From: an uncultured Methanomicrobiaceae archaeon | GTDB taxonomy: Archaea > Halobacteriota > Methanomicrobia > Methanomicrobiales > Methanoculleaceae | Length of the DNA stretch: 64,000 nucleotides | NCBI GenBank assembly: GCA_963826525.1 | Contig: CAWGXH010000003.1 | Location: 288,001 to 352,000 of the forward strand | Reading direction: 5' to 3' | Notes under the pieces: generated by a model | What the model was told of the DNA's origin: nothing | Databases searched by the model: none | Seen by the model: only the letters and a program-made list of their open reading frames with translations | Part shown: positions 45,515 through 56,739 of the stretch, piece after piece | Position numbering within the stretch: position 1 is the first letter of the stretch | Layout: each line of letters opens with the position of its first letter | Made by a program: the position numbers and the translations under genes

Positions 45515-46333
45515 CTAAGATACCTTTTTGGTCAGGATCTTCTGCGTACTGTTGTAGGGGGAGAAGAGGTGCTCGACCTCCCGGCCTAGATACTCCGTCT
45601 TTCCCATGATGTAGTATCCGTCGGATAGCAGGGCACTGTGGAACATACGGGCAAGGTCGTTCTTCTGCTTCTCCGAGAAGTATATCGTGACGTTTCTGCA
45701 GCTGATGACGTCGACGTAGCGGATGGCGGGTATATCGCTCATCAGATCGTGGTGCCTGAACTTGACGAGGTCTTTGATATGCGGCTTGACCTCGAACATG
45801 CCGTCGTCCCGGGCGATAAAGTGCTTGCGAAGTTCCCGTTCGCCGACGTGTTCGACGGCCCTTCGGTCGTACACGCCCCCCGCCGCTTTTTTGAGCACTT
45901 CCCGATCGATATCCGTCGCGTAGATCGTGACGCCGGCACCCGGCCGCGCTGCGAGGAGGTCGTGTGCGAGTATGGCAAACGAGTACGGCTCTTCTCCCGT
46001 TGCACACCCGGCGCACCATATCCTGATGGTGCCCTTCTTCTGGAGGAGCGAGGAGAGGATCTCCTGACGGAGAACCGCATACACCTCCGGGTCGCGGAAG
46101 AACCTCGTGACGTTTATGGTGAGAGCGTTCCTGAGCAGGTCGACCTCCTGCGGGGTCGCCAGAAGATACTTGTGGTATTCTTCATAACTCTCGTTCTTCG
46201 TGAGGCGCATCCGGGAGAGAATTCGCCGTTTGATATAGTCTTCCTTGTAGCTTGAGCACCGGATCTGAACCAGTTTCTCAATACTTCGCTGGAGCGATGA
46301 AAATGCATCCATGTGCTGTCTGTCGTCCCCCAT
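45515..46333 (-). CDS. cheR: Chemotaxis methyltransferase CheR
   Basis: TINVTRFFRD, WCAGCATGEEPYS, ATDID, CRNVTIYF. Confidence 0.95.
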   Translation of the reverse strand: MGDDRQHMDAFSSLQRSIEKLVQIRCSSYKEDYIKRRILSRMRLTKNESYEEYHKYLLATPQEVDLLRNALTINVTRFFRDPEVYAVLRQEILSSLLQKKGTIRIWCAGCATGEEPYSFAILAHDLLAARPGAGVTIYATDIDREVLKKAAGGVYDRRAVEHVGERELRKHFIARDDGMFEVKPHIKDLVKFRHHDLMSDIPAIRYVDVISCRNVTIYFSEKQKNDLARMFHSALLSDGYYIMGKTEYLGREVEHLFSPYNSTQKILTKKVS

Positions 46334-46376
46334 CGTGGCGCACTGTACGGTGTGTTGGAAAATCCCTGCAGAGTGG

Positions 46377-46853
46377 TTACGTGTTCCGGTATCCGTCAAC
46401 GCTGCTGATGACTTTTAAGATGTCTACCCAGATAACGAGACCTTTTCCCTTCTCCGAATCATCAGTCCCGCTCTTGATGATGCCCTTCACGAACGAACCG
46501 ATGTTCGACGATATGCCGTCGCTCATCTTCTCGACGTCCTTGTCCTGGATCTGGATCACACTGTGAACGTCGTCGACGATGATGCCGACGTTCGCTCCGC
46601 CGGTTGCTTCGGGGATCAGGACGACTATCTTCTGGCTCTCGGCGATCTGGCTGTCCGCAAGCCCGAGGAGGTTCTTCAGGTTGATGATATTCGTGATCTC
46701 GCCCCGGAGGTTGATGATGCCGGCGAGGTAGTGAGGGGCGCGGGGAAGGGGAGTGATCGGCATCATCTCCACGATCTCCCGGGCTATCTGGATGTCGAGG
46801 GCGTAGTGTTCCGCCCCCAGTTGAAATTCTACCACATCGATGGTGTTTGTCAT
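46377..46853 (-). CDS. cheW: Chemotaxis adaptor CheW
   Basis: ITPLP..P..GIINLRGEI, GIIVDDV. Confidence 0.93.
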   Translation of the reverse strand: MTNTIDVVEFQLGAEHYALDIQIAREIVEMMPITPLPRAPHYLAGIINLRGEITNIINLKNLLGLADSQIAESQKIVVLIPEATGGANVGIIVDDVHSVIQIQDKDVEKMSDGISSNIGSFVKGIIKSGTDDSEKGKGLVIWVDILKVISSVDGYRNT

Positions 46854-46863
46854 GGTAGATACC

Positions 46864-49800
46864 TCAGTTCAGACTGAACCGTTCCATCATCTTCTTGAGT
46901 TGTTCCGCCATCACTGCAAGTTCGTGCGATGCGCTGCCGACCTCCTGCGTCGACGCACTGACCTCTTCGGCAAGGGCGGCCATATCCTCGGTCCTTCCCA
47001 TATTCTCCTTGTTCATGTGGGTCGAGTCTTCCATATTCTGCATGACGTGGTTGGTGGAGTTTGCCTGGTCCTCGGCAGCTTTCGTGATCTCCGTGATACC
47101 GTGGGCAACCACTTCCGCCTCGTCGATGATCCGGTTCAGGGCATCGATCGCCTTATTGACGCTCTCGATACCCGCCTGGATCTCGTTGTGCGACGACCGC
47201 ATCGACCCTGCCGTCTTGTCGCTGCTGGCCTGGATCGACAGGATCATATTCGCGATATCCTGGCTTGCACCTTTTGACTCTCCTGCAAGGTTTCTGATCT
47301 CTCCGGCAACCACCGCAAAGCCCCGGCCGTGTTCGCCGGCCCTCGCGGCCTCGATGGCGGCGTTCAGTGCGAGCAGGTTCGTCTGGTTGGCGATATCGGT
47401 GATCAGTTTGACGATGTTGTTGATCTCCCGCATCTGCACATTCAGATCGGTGATCTCCTTCACGCTCTGCTCTGAGATCTCCTCCACATACTGCATCTTC
47501 TTCGTGGCGATCTGTCCGAGGGCGGCAGCATCGTTCCCTTCCTTTGCGGCCTTCGATGCGTGGTCCATGACCTCCTGGGAGGTGCTTGCGATCTCTTCGA
47601 TGGATGCCGAGAGGTCGGTGATCTCCTGGCCTATCTCCTCGATCTTCTCGAGCTGCCGCCGGGCGTCCTCGCTCGACTGCTGCGTGGAGAGTGCCACCTG
47701 CTCGGTTGCCCGGATGATCTCGTCCGAGCTCCTGCTCACCTCCTTTGTGGTCTGCTCGACCTGCTCGGCGGCCTTGACCACTTCCTTGAGGAGTGCCCGG
47801 ATGGCGGTGGCGGATGCGTTATAGTCCTCCTTCACCCTCTTGAGCGGGTCGTTCGCCCCAACCGTGACGGATGCGGTCAGGTTTCCCTGGGCCATCGCAC
47901 TCAGCGCCTCGCCGAGTTCTTCCGCACTCCGGGCGAGGACTGCATTCTCCTCCTGTGCAGTCTCCATAAGCTGCCGGATCTGCTGCTCTTTCTCCCGCTG
48001 CTCCGTGATATCGAGGTAGATGTAGAAGGCGACGTCGATCTTTCCGTATTTATCGAAGATCGGGATTCCGTAGAGGATAAGGAACTTCTTCACGCCGTCC
48101 GGCCAGGTGACCAGCATCTCCGATACGGATAGTTTTCCCTTCTCATAGCAGGCGTAGAAGTCGTCGCCGGAGAGCACCTTGATGTTAAAGTCGGAGAGCT
48201 TCTTGGCCATCAGCTCGTCCCGGGTGCCTCGCCATACCTGCTCGTACGTCTTGTTGATGTCGATCCGCTTCTTCTCCTTATCGAGCACGGCGATGGCGAG
48301 CGGGTTATTCTTGATCATCGTCTCGACGCGGTGCTGTGCGGCCTGGGACTCGTCCATCTTCTCGTGGAGATCCGTCCAGTCGTTCCAGACGTAGAAGGCC
48401 ATCTCTATCTCGCCGTTCCTGTCGAGGATCGGGATGGCGTTCAGGGTCAGGTACTTCCGCACACCGTCGGGCCACTTGACGCGGACATTCGTCGTCGCCC
48501 GCTTCTTCGTCTCGTAGCAGGCGTAGAAGTGGTCGCCGTCGAGAACCTCGATGTCGTAGTCGTAGAGTTTCTTTGCAATCGTCTCTTCGCGGGTTCCGCG
48601 CCACATCCGGGCATACTCGTCGTTGATGTCGATCCGGCTCTTGTCGGCGCGCAGAACGGCGATCGCAAGCGGGTTTTCCTTGATCATCGTGTCGTTCCGC
48701 TGCTGTACCTTCTTGACCTCCTCCATCTTCTCGTGAAGATCCGTCGTGTCGTTCCAGACGTAGAAGGCCATCTCTATCTCGCCGTTCTTATCGAGGATGG
48801 GGATGGCGTTCAGGGTCAGGTACTTCCGGACGCCGTCGGGCCACTTGACGCGGACGTTCGTGGTCGCCCGCTTCTTCGTCTCGTAGCAGGCGTAGAAGTG
48901 GTCGCCGCTGAGAACCTCGATGTCGTAGTCGTAGAGTTTCTTTGCAATCGTCTCTTCGCGGGTTCCGCGCCACATCCGTGAGTACTCGTCGTTGATGTCA
49001 ATCCTGCTCTTGTCTGCCCGCAGGACCGCGATGGCGAGCGGGTTTTCCTTGATCATCGTGTCGACGCGGTGCTGTACGGCTGTGGTCTCGTTCATCTTCT
49101 CGTGAAGATCCGTCGTGTCGTTCCAGACGTAGAAGGCCATCTCTATCTCGCCGTTCGTATCGAGGATGGGGATGGCGTTCAGGGTCAGGTACTTCCGCAC
49201 ACCGTCGGGCCACTTGACGCGGACGTTCGTGGTCGCCCGCTTCTTCGTCTCGTAACAGGCGTAGAAGTGGTCGCCGCTGAGAACTCTCGATGTCGTAGTC
49301 GTAGAGCTTCTTTCGCAATCGTCTCTTCGCGGGTTCCGCGCCACATCCGTGAATACTCGTCGTTGATATCGATCCTGCTCTTGTCTGCCCGAGGACGGCG
49401 ATCGCGAGCGGGTTCTCCTTGATCATCGTGTCGACGCGGTGCTGCATCCGCCTGATCTCTTCCTCCTCTTTGCGGAGGCTCGGTGATGTCGTTGTAGACG
49501 TTCAGGAGAGCGCTGAGTTCGCCCTTCTCGTTCAGGATGGGAATGCCGTGCTGCTCGAGGGTGATAGGTTCCGGCCGGAAACTCGACGACGATCTCTCCA
49601 AGCGAGCGCTGTTTCTGGACGATGGCCTTCTTGATGCCGTCACCGCTTCTTCGACAGAATCTTGAAATCCCGAAGAGACATCGCCATTATCCGTTCGCGT
49701 GGAATACCGCTGAGTTTGACGAAGGCTTCATTGGTGATCGTCACGCCGAACTCTTTATCGACGACGAGCATCGGCATCGGGTTCTGCTCGATGAGCACCT

Positions 49801-50470
49801 CCGTCTGTTTCTGAAGGCCGGTGATCTCGGCCATCTGCGCCTTCAGTTCCTCTTCTTCCTCCCGCAGTTTCGTCACGTCGTTGTAGACGATCATGATCCG
49901 GTCAAGCTCGCCCTTCTCGTCGAGGATGGGGATGCCGTACTGCTCGAGGGTGAACGTGCCGGACGGGAACTCGACGACGACCTCGCCGAACGCTTTCTTC
50001 TTCTCGGCGATCACCCTTTTGATCCCGTCGCCCTTCTGCGAGACGATAGTAAAGTCCCGGAGCGCCATCTGCATGACCCGCTCGCGCGGAATACCGGTGA
50101 GTTTGACGAAGGCCTCGTTCGTGACCGAGACGCGGTACTGCTGGTCGACGACGAGCATCGGCATCGGGTTCTGCTGGATGATCTCATCCGAGCTCTTCCG
50201 GAGATTCTCGATCGTCTGCATGCCGTGCTGTATCTCTTCCTCCTCTTCCGCCACCTTCTCGAGGAGCGCGTTGACGGAGGCTGCGAACGGCTTATAGAAC
50301 TCCGGAATGCCCGAGAGATCGATTCGCGCGGAGAAGTCTCCGTCGATTGCCGCCTGTAAGGCCGTCTCGACGACCGGAGGGATCTCCGCGGGCGATCCTG
50401 CCTTCGGCATTCCGTTCGCGCCGGAAACGGCTCCGGTGAACAGCGCTTTTCTTCCTGGTTTGTCAGTCAT
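46864..50470 (-). CDS. Cytoplasmic methyl-accepting chemotaxis protein with six PAS-like domains; several indels at 49280-49650
   Basis: [30 protein letters not shown]; no TM helix; 2 NPMPML-type plus 4 NPLAIA-type PAS units; HAMP-like segments. Confidence 0.9.
47990..49460 (-). repeat. Four tandem 369-bp units (three near-identical) encoding 123-aa PAS domains
   Basis: TTCCAGACGTAGAAGGCC at 48383, 48752 and 49121; divergent fourth unit 369 bp further. Confidence 0.9.
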
Positions 50471-50491
50471 ACTCTTTCATCCTCTGTGGTA

Positions 50492-51406
50492 TCAGTCCCA
50501 ACTCTTTATGGCGGACGCAATGGTGCGGTACGTTTCCGCGGCGTCGCTATCGGGTGCATAGTGCGATATGGGGAGTCCCCGCTGCTGCGTCTCGTAGATC
50601 CGCGGCGAGTACGGGACGGTGAAGACCTGTTTGAACTGCTTCTTGACTTCATTCTCAAGGGCAATCAGCCGTTTCCGCTCTTTTTCGTCGTCGGGGGATG
50701 ACCGGGGCCCGAAGAGACGCTTGATAAAGAGAGCAAGCCCTCCGGCGGCGGGCTCTTCCCTGCCCGACTCTGTCCAGCGTGTCAGGATTGCAACGTCGGT
50801 CTCGATTCTGGCGCCGAGGAGGTCTCCCATGTCTTCGAAGATCGTGGAGAGTGTCCCTATTCCCTTGAGCGCGAATGTGCCGGGATCGAGCGTTACGATG
50901 GTGTGATCCGCAGCAACGAGCCCGTTGATGACGAACTGGCCCATACTCGGCGGCGTATCGATCAGAATATAGTCGTACGCGGGCACGACCGCAGCCAGCA
51001 GTTCCTTAAGGATGCCGGCACGGTCCTCGATGTTGTAGAGATACGGTTCGACCCCGACGAGATCCAGCGTTGCGGGTGCGAGATCGATACCTGCCTCCGT
51101 CGTGACGATGATATCCGGGACGGTAACGTCCGGAAAACCCTCGAAGACTCCCATGAAGGCGTCATACATACTCCGTTCAAGAGAGTCGGGATCGATGCCG
51201 AGGCCTACCGTGGCGTTTGCCTGCGGATCGCAGTCGACGACGAGTACTTTCTTCCCGTCCTGCTGAAGAAACCCTGCAATGTTAATGCACGATGTCGTTT
51301 TGCCAGTCCCACCTTTATGATGGGCGAACGCTACAATGGTAATGCTAGCACCCCTGCTACGTCTATTTGCAATATGTATTCTTAAATCTATTTTTTTAGA
51401 CCGCAC
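50492..51406 (-). CDS. ParA/Soj/MinD-family ATPase; start uncertain, probably near 51350
   Basis: KGGTGKTT, DCDPQANAT, LIDTPP. Confidence 0.9.
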   Translation of the reverse strand: MRSKKIDLRIHIANRRSRGASITIVAFAHHKGGTGKTTSCINIAGFLQQDGKKVLVVDCDPQANATVGLGIDPDSLERSMYDAFMGVFEGFPDVTVPDIIVTTEAGIDLAPATLDLVGVEPYLYNIEDRAGILKELLAAVVPAYDYILIDTPPSMGQFVINGLVAADHTIVTLDPGTFALKGIGTLSTIFEDMGDLLGARIETDVAILTRWTESGREEPAAGGLALFIKRLFGPRSSPDDEKERKRLIALENEVKKQFKQVFTVPYSPRIYETQQRGLPISHYAPDSDAAETYRTIASAIKSWD

Positions 51407-51593
51407 CCCTGCGCTGCCGAATTTTGGATTTCCGTATACCAGACCTCCAGAATCATCCGAAATATCTCTGCGGGAGGTTCCCGGCGGGATGACGCGACCG
51501 GTTCACGGGTCAGTCCGGGATTCATCGTATCGATCTCCCGCCGCCGAATCTATTTAGTAAGGAATAACTGGCTCTCTGGTATACACTCAACTA

Positions 51594-51944
51594 ATGTCCC
51601 ACAAAACTACGGTCTTCTGCATCCTGCTCCTCTTCGCAGTCATCGGAGTTGCCGGATGCCTCGGCACCGGTTTCGGTGACCTGACCTACGACGGCGAGGC
51701 GCTCCATGTTCAGGTCGAGAGCTCCCGTAACGCGACCGACGCCGTTCTTCAGGTCACCCTGACCGAGATCGACGGGTTTGAACAGCGGCAGATCTTCTCG
51801 GAGGCCACGTATGTCGATCTCGCGGCGGGAACGAACGAGTATACTGTCCCCGTCGAGCTCGCGCCGGGAACCTATCGGGTCTACCTCTACCTCTTCATCG
51901 GCGACGAGCGTGGAGCCTCCGTGATCCGCGACCTGCAGGTGTGA
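51594..51944 (+). CDS. Hypothetical lipoprotein
   Basis: Lipobox VAGC followed by a beta-rich domain. Confidence 0.7.
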   Translation: MSHKTTVFCILLLFAVIGVAGCLGTGFGDLTYDGEALHVQVESSRNATDAVLQVTLTEIDGFEQRQIFSEATYVDLAAGTNEYTVPVELAPGTYRVYLYLFIGDERGASVIRDLQV

Positions 51945-51950
51945 TCCGGC

Positions 51951-53607
51951 GTGCGCCGTGAAGGATTATCAGTAGCCCGTGGGCTTTTGCCCGCGGACAC
52001 GGTTTTTACGAACTGCGAGATCTACAACCCTTTTGCGTGTGGCTTTGAGTCTACCTCGCTTGCGGTACAGGACGGGCTCGTCGCAGGGCTTGGCGACTAC
52101 GCCGGACGCGAGGAGATCGATCTCGGCGGCTCACTGGTCGTCCCCGGGCTGATCGATGCCCACGTTCACATCGAGAGTTCGCTGCTGACGCCGGCAGAGT
52201 TCGCCCGGCTCGTCCTCCGCCACGGGACGACGACGGTGGTGACCGATCCGCACGAGATCGCAAACGTCTGCGGGGCGGCGGGGATCGAGTATATCCTCCG
52301 GGAGAGCGCCGAAACGTCCCTTGACGTCCTGGTGATGCTCCCGTCCTGCGTCCCCGCAACACCGTTCGATATGGGCGGGGCGAGCCTCTCGGCGGACGAT
52401 CTCCGCGAGTTCTGCGGCCAGGGCCGCGTCATCGGCCTTGCGGAGATGATGAATGTTCCCGGCGTTCTCGCGGCCGATCCGGAGATCGAGCGGAAACTCG
52501 ACCTCTGCGAGATCGTCGACGGGCATGCCCCGCTGCTCACCGGAAAGGACCTGAACGCCTACGTCTACGCAGGGATTACAAGCGATCACGAGTGCACGCT
52601 CCTTGCGGAAGCGCGGGAGAAACTCCGCCGGGGCATGTACATCATGCTGCGCGAAGGCTCGACGGAACGAAACCTGGCCGAGCTCCTGCCGGTCGTTACC
52701 GGCTGCACGTCATCGCGGTGCTGTTTTGCGACCGACGACCGGCATGCCGATATGCTGCTCGCCGCGGGGCATATCGACGACTGCATCAGGAAGGCCGTCG
52801 CGCAAGGGTGCGAGATTGAGATCGCGCTCCGGATGGCCACGCTCTCCGCCGCGGAACGTTTCGGGCTCCACGACCGGGGGGCTCTTGCTCCCGGCAGGCT
52901 TGCGGACTTCTGCGTCGTCGACGACCTCGCATCGTTCCGGGTGAGCCGGACGTTCAAACGGGGGATCGAGGTTATCGACCCGGGTTACCGGGTTCCCGCC
53001 GCGATTCGGCGCCCGCTGGTGGCAGTCCCGCCCGATGCCGATACGCTCCGGATATCCGGCAGCGGCAGCGCACGCGTTATCGGCCTCGTCGAAGGCCAGA
53101 TCATCACCGAGGATCTCCGCTTCGAGGTGAACGGCGATCTGATCCCCGATACCGACCGGGATATCCTGAAAGCCGTCGTCACCGACCGCTACCGCGGCAA
53201 GGGGTCGGGCGTCGGGCTCGTTCACGGCTTTTCTCTCACCGAGGGGGCGCTCGCAAGCAGCGTCTCGCACGATTCCCACAACATCGTTGCGGTCGGTGTC
53301 GACGACGCCGATATCATCGGAGCGATCGCGAGAGGTGATCCGGCTCGGCGGGGGAATGGCGGTGGTCGACGGCGAATCGGTCACGACGCTGCCGCTCGAA
53401 TGCGCGGGGCTGATCTCGACCCTCCCGTATACGGAGGTGGCGGAGAGGCTCGGGAAGCTCGAAGAGCACGCACGAAGCCTGAACGCGGTTCAGAGCCCGT
53501 TCATGTACCTCTCGTTCCTCGCGCTGACCGTGATCCCGCACCTGCGGGTGACGGAACGGGGCGTCTTCGACGTCGTGGCTTTCTCCGACGTCCCGCTCTT
53601 CGTCTGA
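51951..53607 (+). CDS. ade: Adenine deaminase; frameshift near 53330
   Basis: PGLIDAHVHIESS, DPHEIAN, EMMN, DHE, REGS, TDD, SHDSHN, LSFLALTVIP. Confidence 0.93.
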
Positions 53608-53664
53608 TCGGCTAAACCCCTCCCTCTTTTCAGAATACGGCGATTACCACCGCTCCGGCGGCCA

Positions 53665-53955
53665 TCAGAACAGCTCCCCCGCCCGGGTGCCGGCATCTCC
53701 CTCGCCGAAGAGGCGTCCGCCGATGACGACCGTGATAAGGATGCTCAGCCGTTTCATTGCGATCACGTAGGGCACGATCTGCACGGCGAGGGAGATATCC
53801 GTCGTCCGGAACGCCCGGTAGTAGAGGGCTGCTGCGACGGTATTCACCCCCGCCGCGAGAATGCCGGCATCGGTATCCCCGACGTACCGCTTCACGAGCA
53901 GGTAGTACGCCGCGTCGAGCAGCGCGCCTGCGAGGGCAAAGATGACCCAGTCCAT
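53665..53955 (-). pseudogene. Internally deleted EamA/DMT transporter remnant
   Basis: Juxtaposed DMT pieces (W..FAL.GA, AFRTTDISLA, VPYVIAMKRLSIL, FGE) in only 96 aa. Confidence 0.55.
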
Positions 53956-53994
53956 CGCGGCCGCACTGAGCGGCCAACGGTATATACCTCTTCT

Positions 53995-54772
53995 TCACCG
54001 GCCGGGGCGCCTCATAATCTGAAGCCCGATCTGACCCGGGGCGATGAGAAAGATGCAGAGGAGGATTATCGGCTGGTGGAGGAAGTAGATGAGCGAGCGA
54101 GTGGCGGCCGAGGTATGCGAGCGGGCGTGCACCATACGGCTCCGCGAACTCTGCACGAAACCCTCGAACACCGCCCGGGTAGAACTTCTGCCCGAAGTAG
54201 AGCCCGAAGAGGACGAGGCCGAACCAGGGGAGGAGCGGGACGTAGTCGAGGCTGGTGAACGATGCGGGGTGTATGCCGAACCAGAGGAGCGGCCAGGGGC
54301 CCGTTATGCCGTTCGTGACGTATCCCGCGAGAAGAGCGGCAACGCCGAGGATGAGGTTCGCCGTCTCGAAACGCAGGAAGAAGGGGGCGAGCATGATGGC
54401 GATGCCGATGAAGTGAAGGATCCCAAAGACGATGTATCCCGACGGGAGGAAGAGCCAGGTTATCGCGGTGATGACAAGCCCGTAGCCGAAGATGGTAGCT
54501 CCCCGCCTGAGATACTTCCGGGTGAGCGCGGGTTCGTCGAGCCGCCTGCTCGTCCGGGCGTGGCTGATAGTGAGCGAGACGCCGACGAGGAAGACGAACG
54601 TCGATGCCGTGAGGTAGGCGACCATCCGCCAGAACCCGCTCGAGACGTTCACGGGAGCGACGCCGAAAAAGTTCAGATCGAAGACCGCGTGGAAGAGGAT
54701 CATCGCGACGACGGCGATGCCGCGGGCTGCGTCGATCTCCCAGTATCGCCCGGAAATCGGTGTCTCGGTCAT
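53995..54772 (-). CDS. DUF1624 / HGSNAT-like membrane protein; frameshift near 54095
   Basis: RYWEIDAARG, MILFH, FLVGVS, FGILHFIG, DYVPLLPW, GRHSL. Confidence 0.85.
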
Positions 54773-55029
54773 GGTTCCGTTAAAATGCGACCCGCCGTAT
54801 CTCGGCGCCGCATCGGGGGCACGATCGGAGTTCATCGATCTCCCGCACCTGCTCCTCGGTCGGCTGATTGTAGATCCGGGAGAATCCACAGGACTCGCTG
54901 CACTCGAGAACAATAAAGAGGCTGCATATTCTGCCCATATCCCGACACATCCTCGCCGCGAACGTTCCCCTGGTGTTCCGGCTAACCTATTCCGGTAGGC
55001 GTCCGGGGGTCATAAGCATAGTTGTGCTT

Positions 55030-55764
55030 TCACGGGCGCAGCACGTCCCGACGCCCCTGGTCCACGGCATGATCCGGGCGGAGGCCGAGGTGCCCGATAA
55101 GCGCCGAGAAACCGGTGAGCACATAGTCCGCGCCGGTGTTGCCTCTCTCCCCTGTGCGCCAGTCGCCGTAGCTCGCAAAGGCGGTCAGCATCCCGAGGTC
55201 CCTTCCCGGGGCGATGTCGCGATTCGGGCTGTCCCCGACCATCATCGCCTGGTGCGGCTCCGCCCCGAACCGGGCGAGGGCGTACAGGAACGAGTCCGGT
55301 GCCGGCTTTCGCTTCCCCGAGATATCGGGGGTGACGACCAGTTCGAAGAGATCCAAGAGTCCCGTGCGGGTGAGCCGCCGCGTCGCCTGGGCATATTCCG
55401 CATCCGTGACGACGGCAAGCGAAAGGCCGGCATCCCGGAGGCAGGAGAGCGTCGTCTCCACATCGGGATACGGGGTAATGCACTCGAGTTTCACGTCCTC
55501 GTAGATCCGGCAGCAGGCAGCGAACGTCTCCGGACAGACTACTGCGAGGGTATCGAGGTAGTCCCGGATATTTCCATGGTCTTCAAAGCCATGAACTCCC
55601 CGAAGGAAATAGCCGAAGAGCTCTTCTTCGTCCCCCGCCCCGACCTGCTCGACGATACGCCGGCAGGCCTCGCGTTTTGCAGACACGAAGTCGAAGAGCG
55701 TATTGTCCATATCGAATAAAATGGCGGTTATCTCTCGATCCCGAGCTCTGCAAGCCTTCTGCAT
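55030..55764 (-). CDS. HAD-superfamily hydrolase (subfamily IA)
   Basis: FDMDNTL, VVTD, KP, GDSPNRD. Confidence 0.9.
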   Translation of the reverse strand: MQKACRARDREITAILFDMDNTLFDFVSAKREACRRIVEQVGAGDEEELFGYFLRGVHGFEDHGNIRDYLDTLAVVCPETFAACCRIYEDVKLECITPYPDVETTLSCLRDAGLSLAVVTDAEYAQATRRLTRTGLLDLFELVVTPDISGKRKPAPDSFLYALARFGAEPHQAMMVGDSPNRDIAPGRDLGMLTAFASYGDWRTGERGNTGADYVLTGFSALIGHLGLRPDHAVDQGRRDVLRP

Positions 55765-56739
55765 AGTGTTAGTTCCCCCAAAAATTTCCGGTAGAGTCCG
55801 TCGTCCGAGAAGCGGAGTTTCACCTCGTCGAGAGCGTTTCCTTTCCCCCCGTACTCCCCGAAGATGACGACGCCGCTACAGTCGATGAACCCGAATGCCG
55901 CGGAAAGCGTGAAGAGATACTCGAGAAATGCTCCCGCGGTGCAGGATGCCGCCCGAACCCGATAGGGCCGCTCGAAGAAGAAGTACTCGAATCCCCTCGG
56001 CGTCGCAGATATCGGCCATATAGATATCCGCCGTCAGCAGGACGGGAAGGGCGTATCGCTCCTCCTCGAACCGCCGCATTGCCTGGGCGATCTTCCGATC
56101 GTTCTCGCTGTTCCGGTGCGAATGCTGCCCGGGCGACGCTATCTCGGTCGCCCGGTCGCGGATGCTCCGGTACTCCCTGAGGGCCAGGTATGCGGCTTTC
56201 CGGGATTTCTTGGTGCGTTTGTTCTCGAGTTCGGCGATGAGCGATGCATGTTCCGGTGCATACCCGGCAAACTCGGCGATCCTGCCGGTGCTGTACTTGT
56301 GGTTGATGGCAAACGTGATCTCGTCCCGGACCGTATCGACGATGAGGTACTTATGAGGAGCGATGGCAGGATTGACGGACGCAAAGCGCTGGTAGAAAAG
56401 GTTGGTATCGAGCCCGAAGAAGACGTCCTTCTTCAGCCGGTGGTAGGCGGAGAGCATCCCGTCGAAGGTCTCCTGGTTGTCGTACCTGATGATGCCGCTC
56501 GCAAGCGCGCACTCAAGAATGTCCGAGTAGGACGGAAGTTCATTCGCGACGGAGCCGAAACGCTCCTGCGAGGTCCGGATATCGTCGCTGTCGGCACGGA
56601 GGTCGAGTTCGTAGCCGGTGCCCTTCGGCCGTGCCGTCAGCAGGTCGTGGTCGTAGAGGGGATAGGAGATGCTGATCTCCCCGTCCATCAGGTTGAGGAG
56701 GATCTGCAGTTCGCCCGCGACGATGGTGATATCGCTCAT
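55728..56739 (-). CDS. PIN-domain protein with N- and C-terminal extensions; frameshift near 55991
   Basis: GLDTNLFY, VRDEI, ENDRKI, LLTAD; corrected frame ends ...CRRLAELGIER* at 55728. Confidence 0.8.

Noticed and set aside
47990-49460. CRISPR array or DGR template/variable repeat pair
   Set aside because: Units are 369-bp in-frame coding repeats with no spacers, no obvious adenine-specific differences and no reverse transcriptase in the window.
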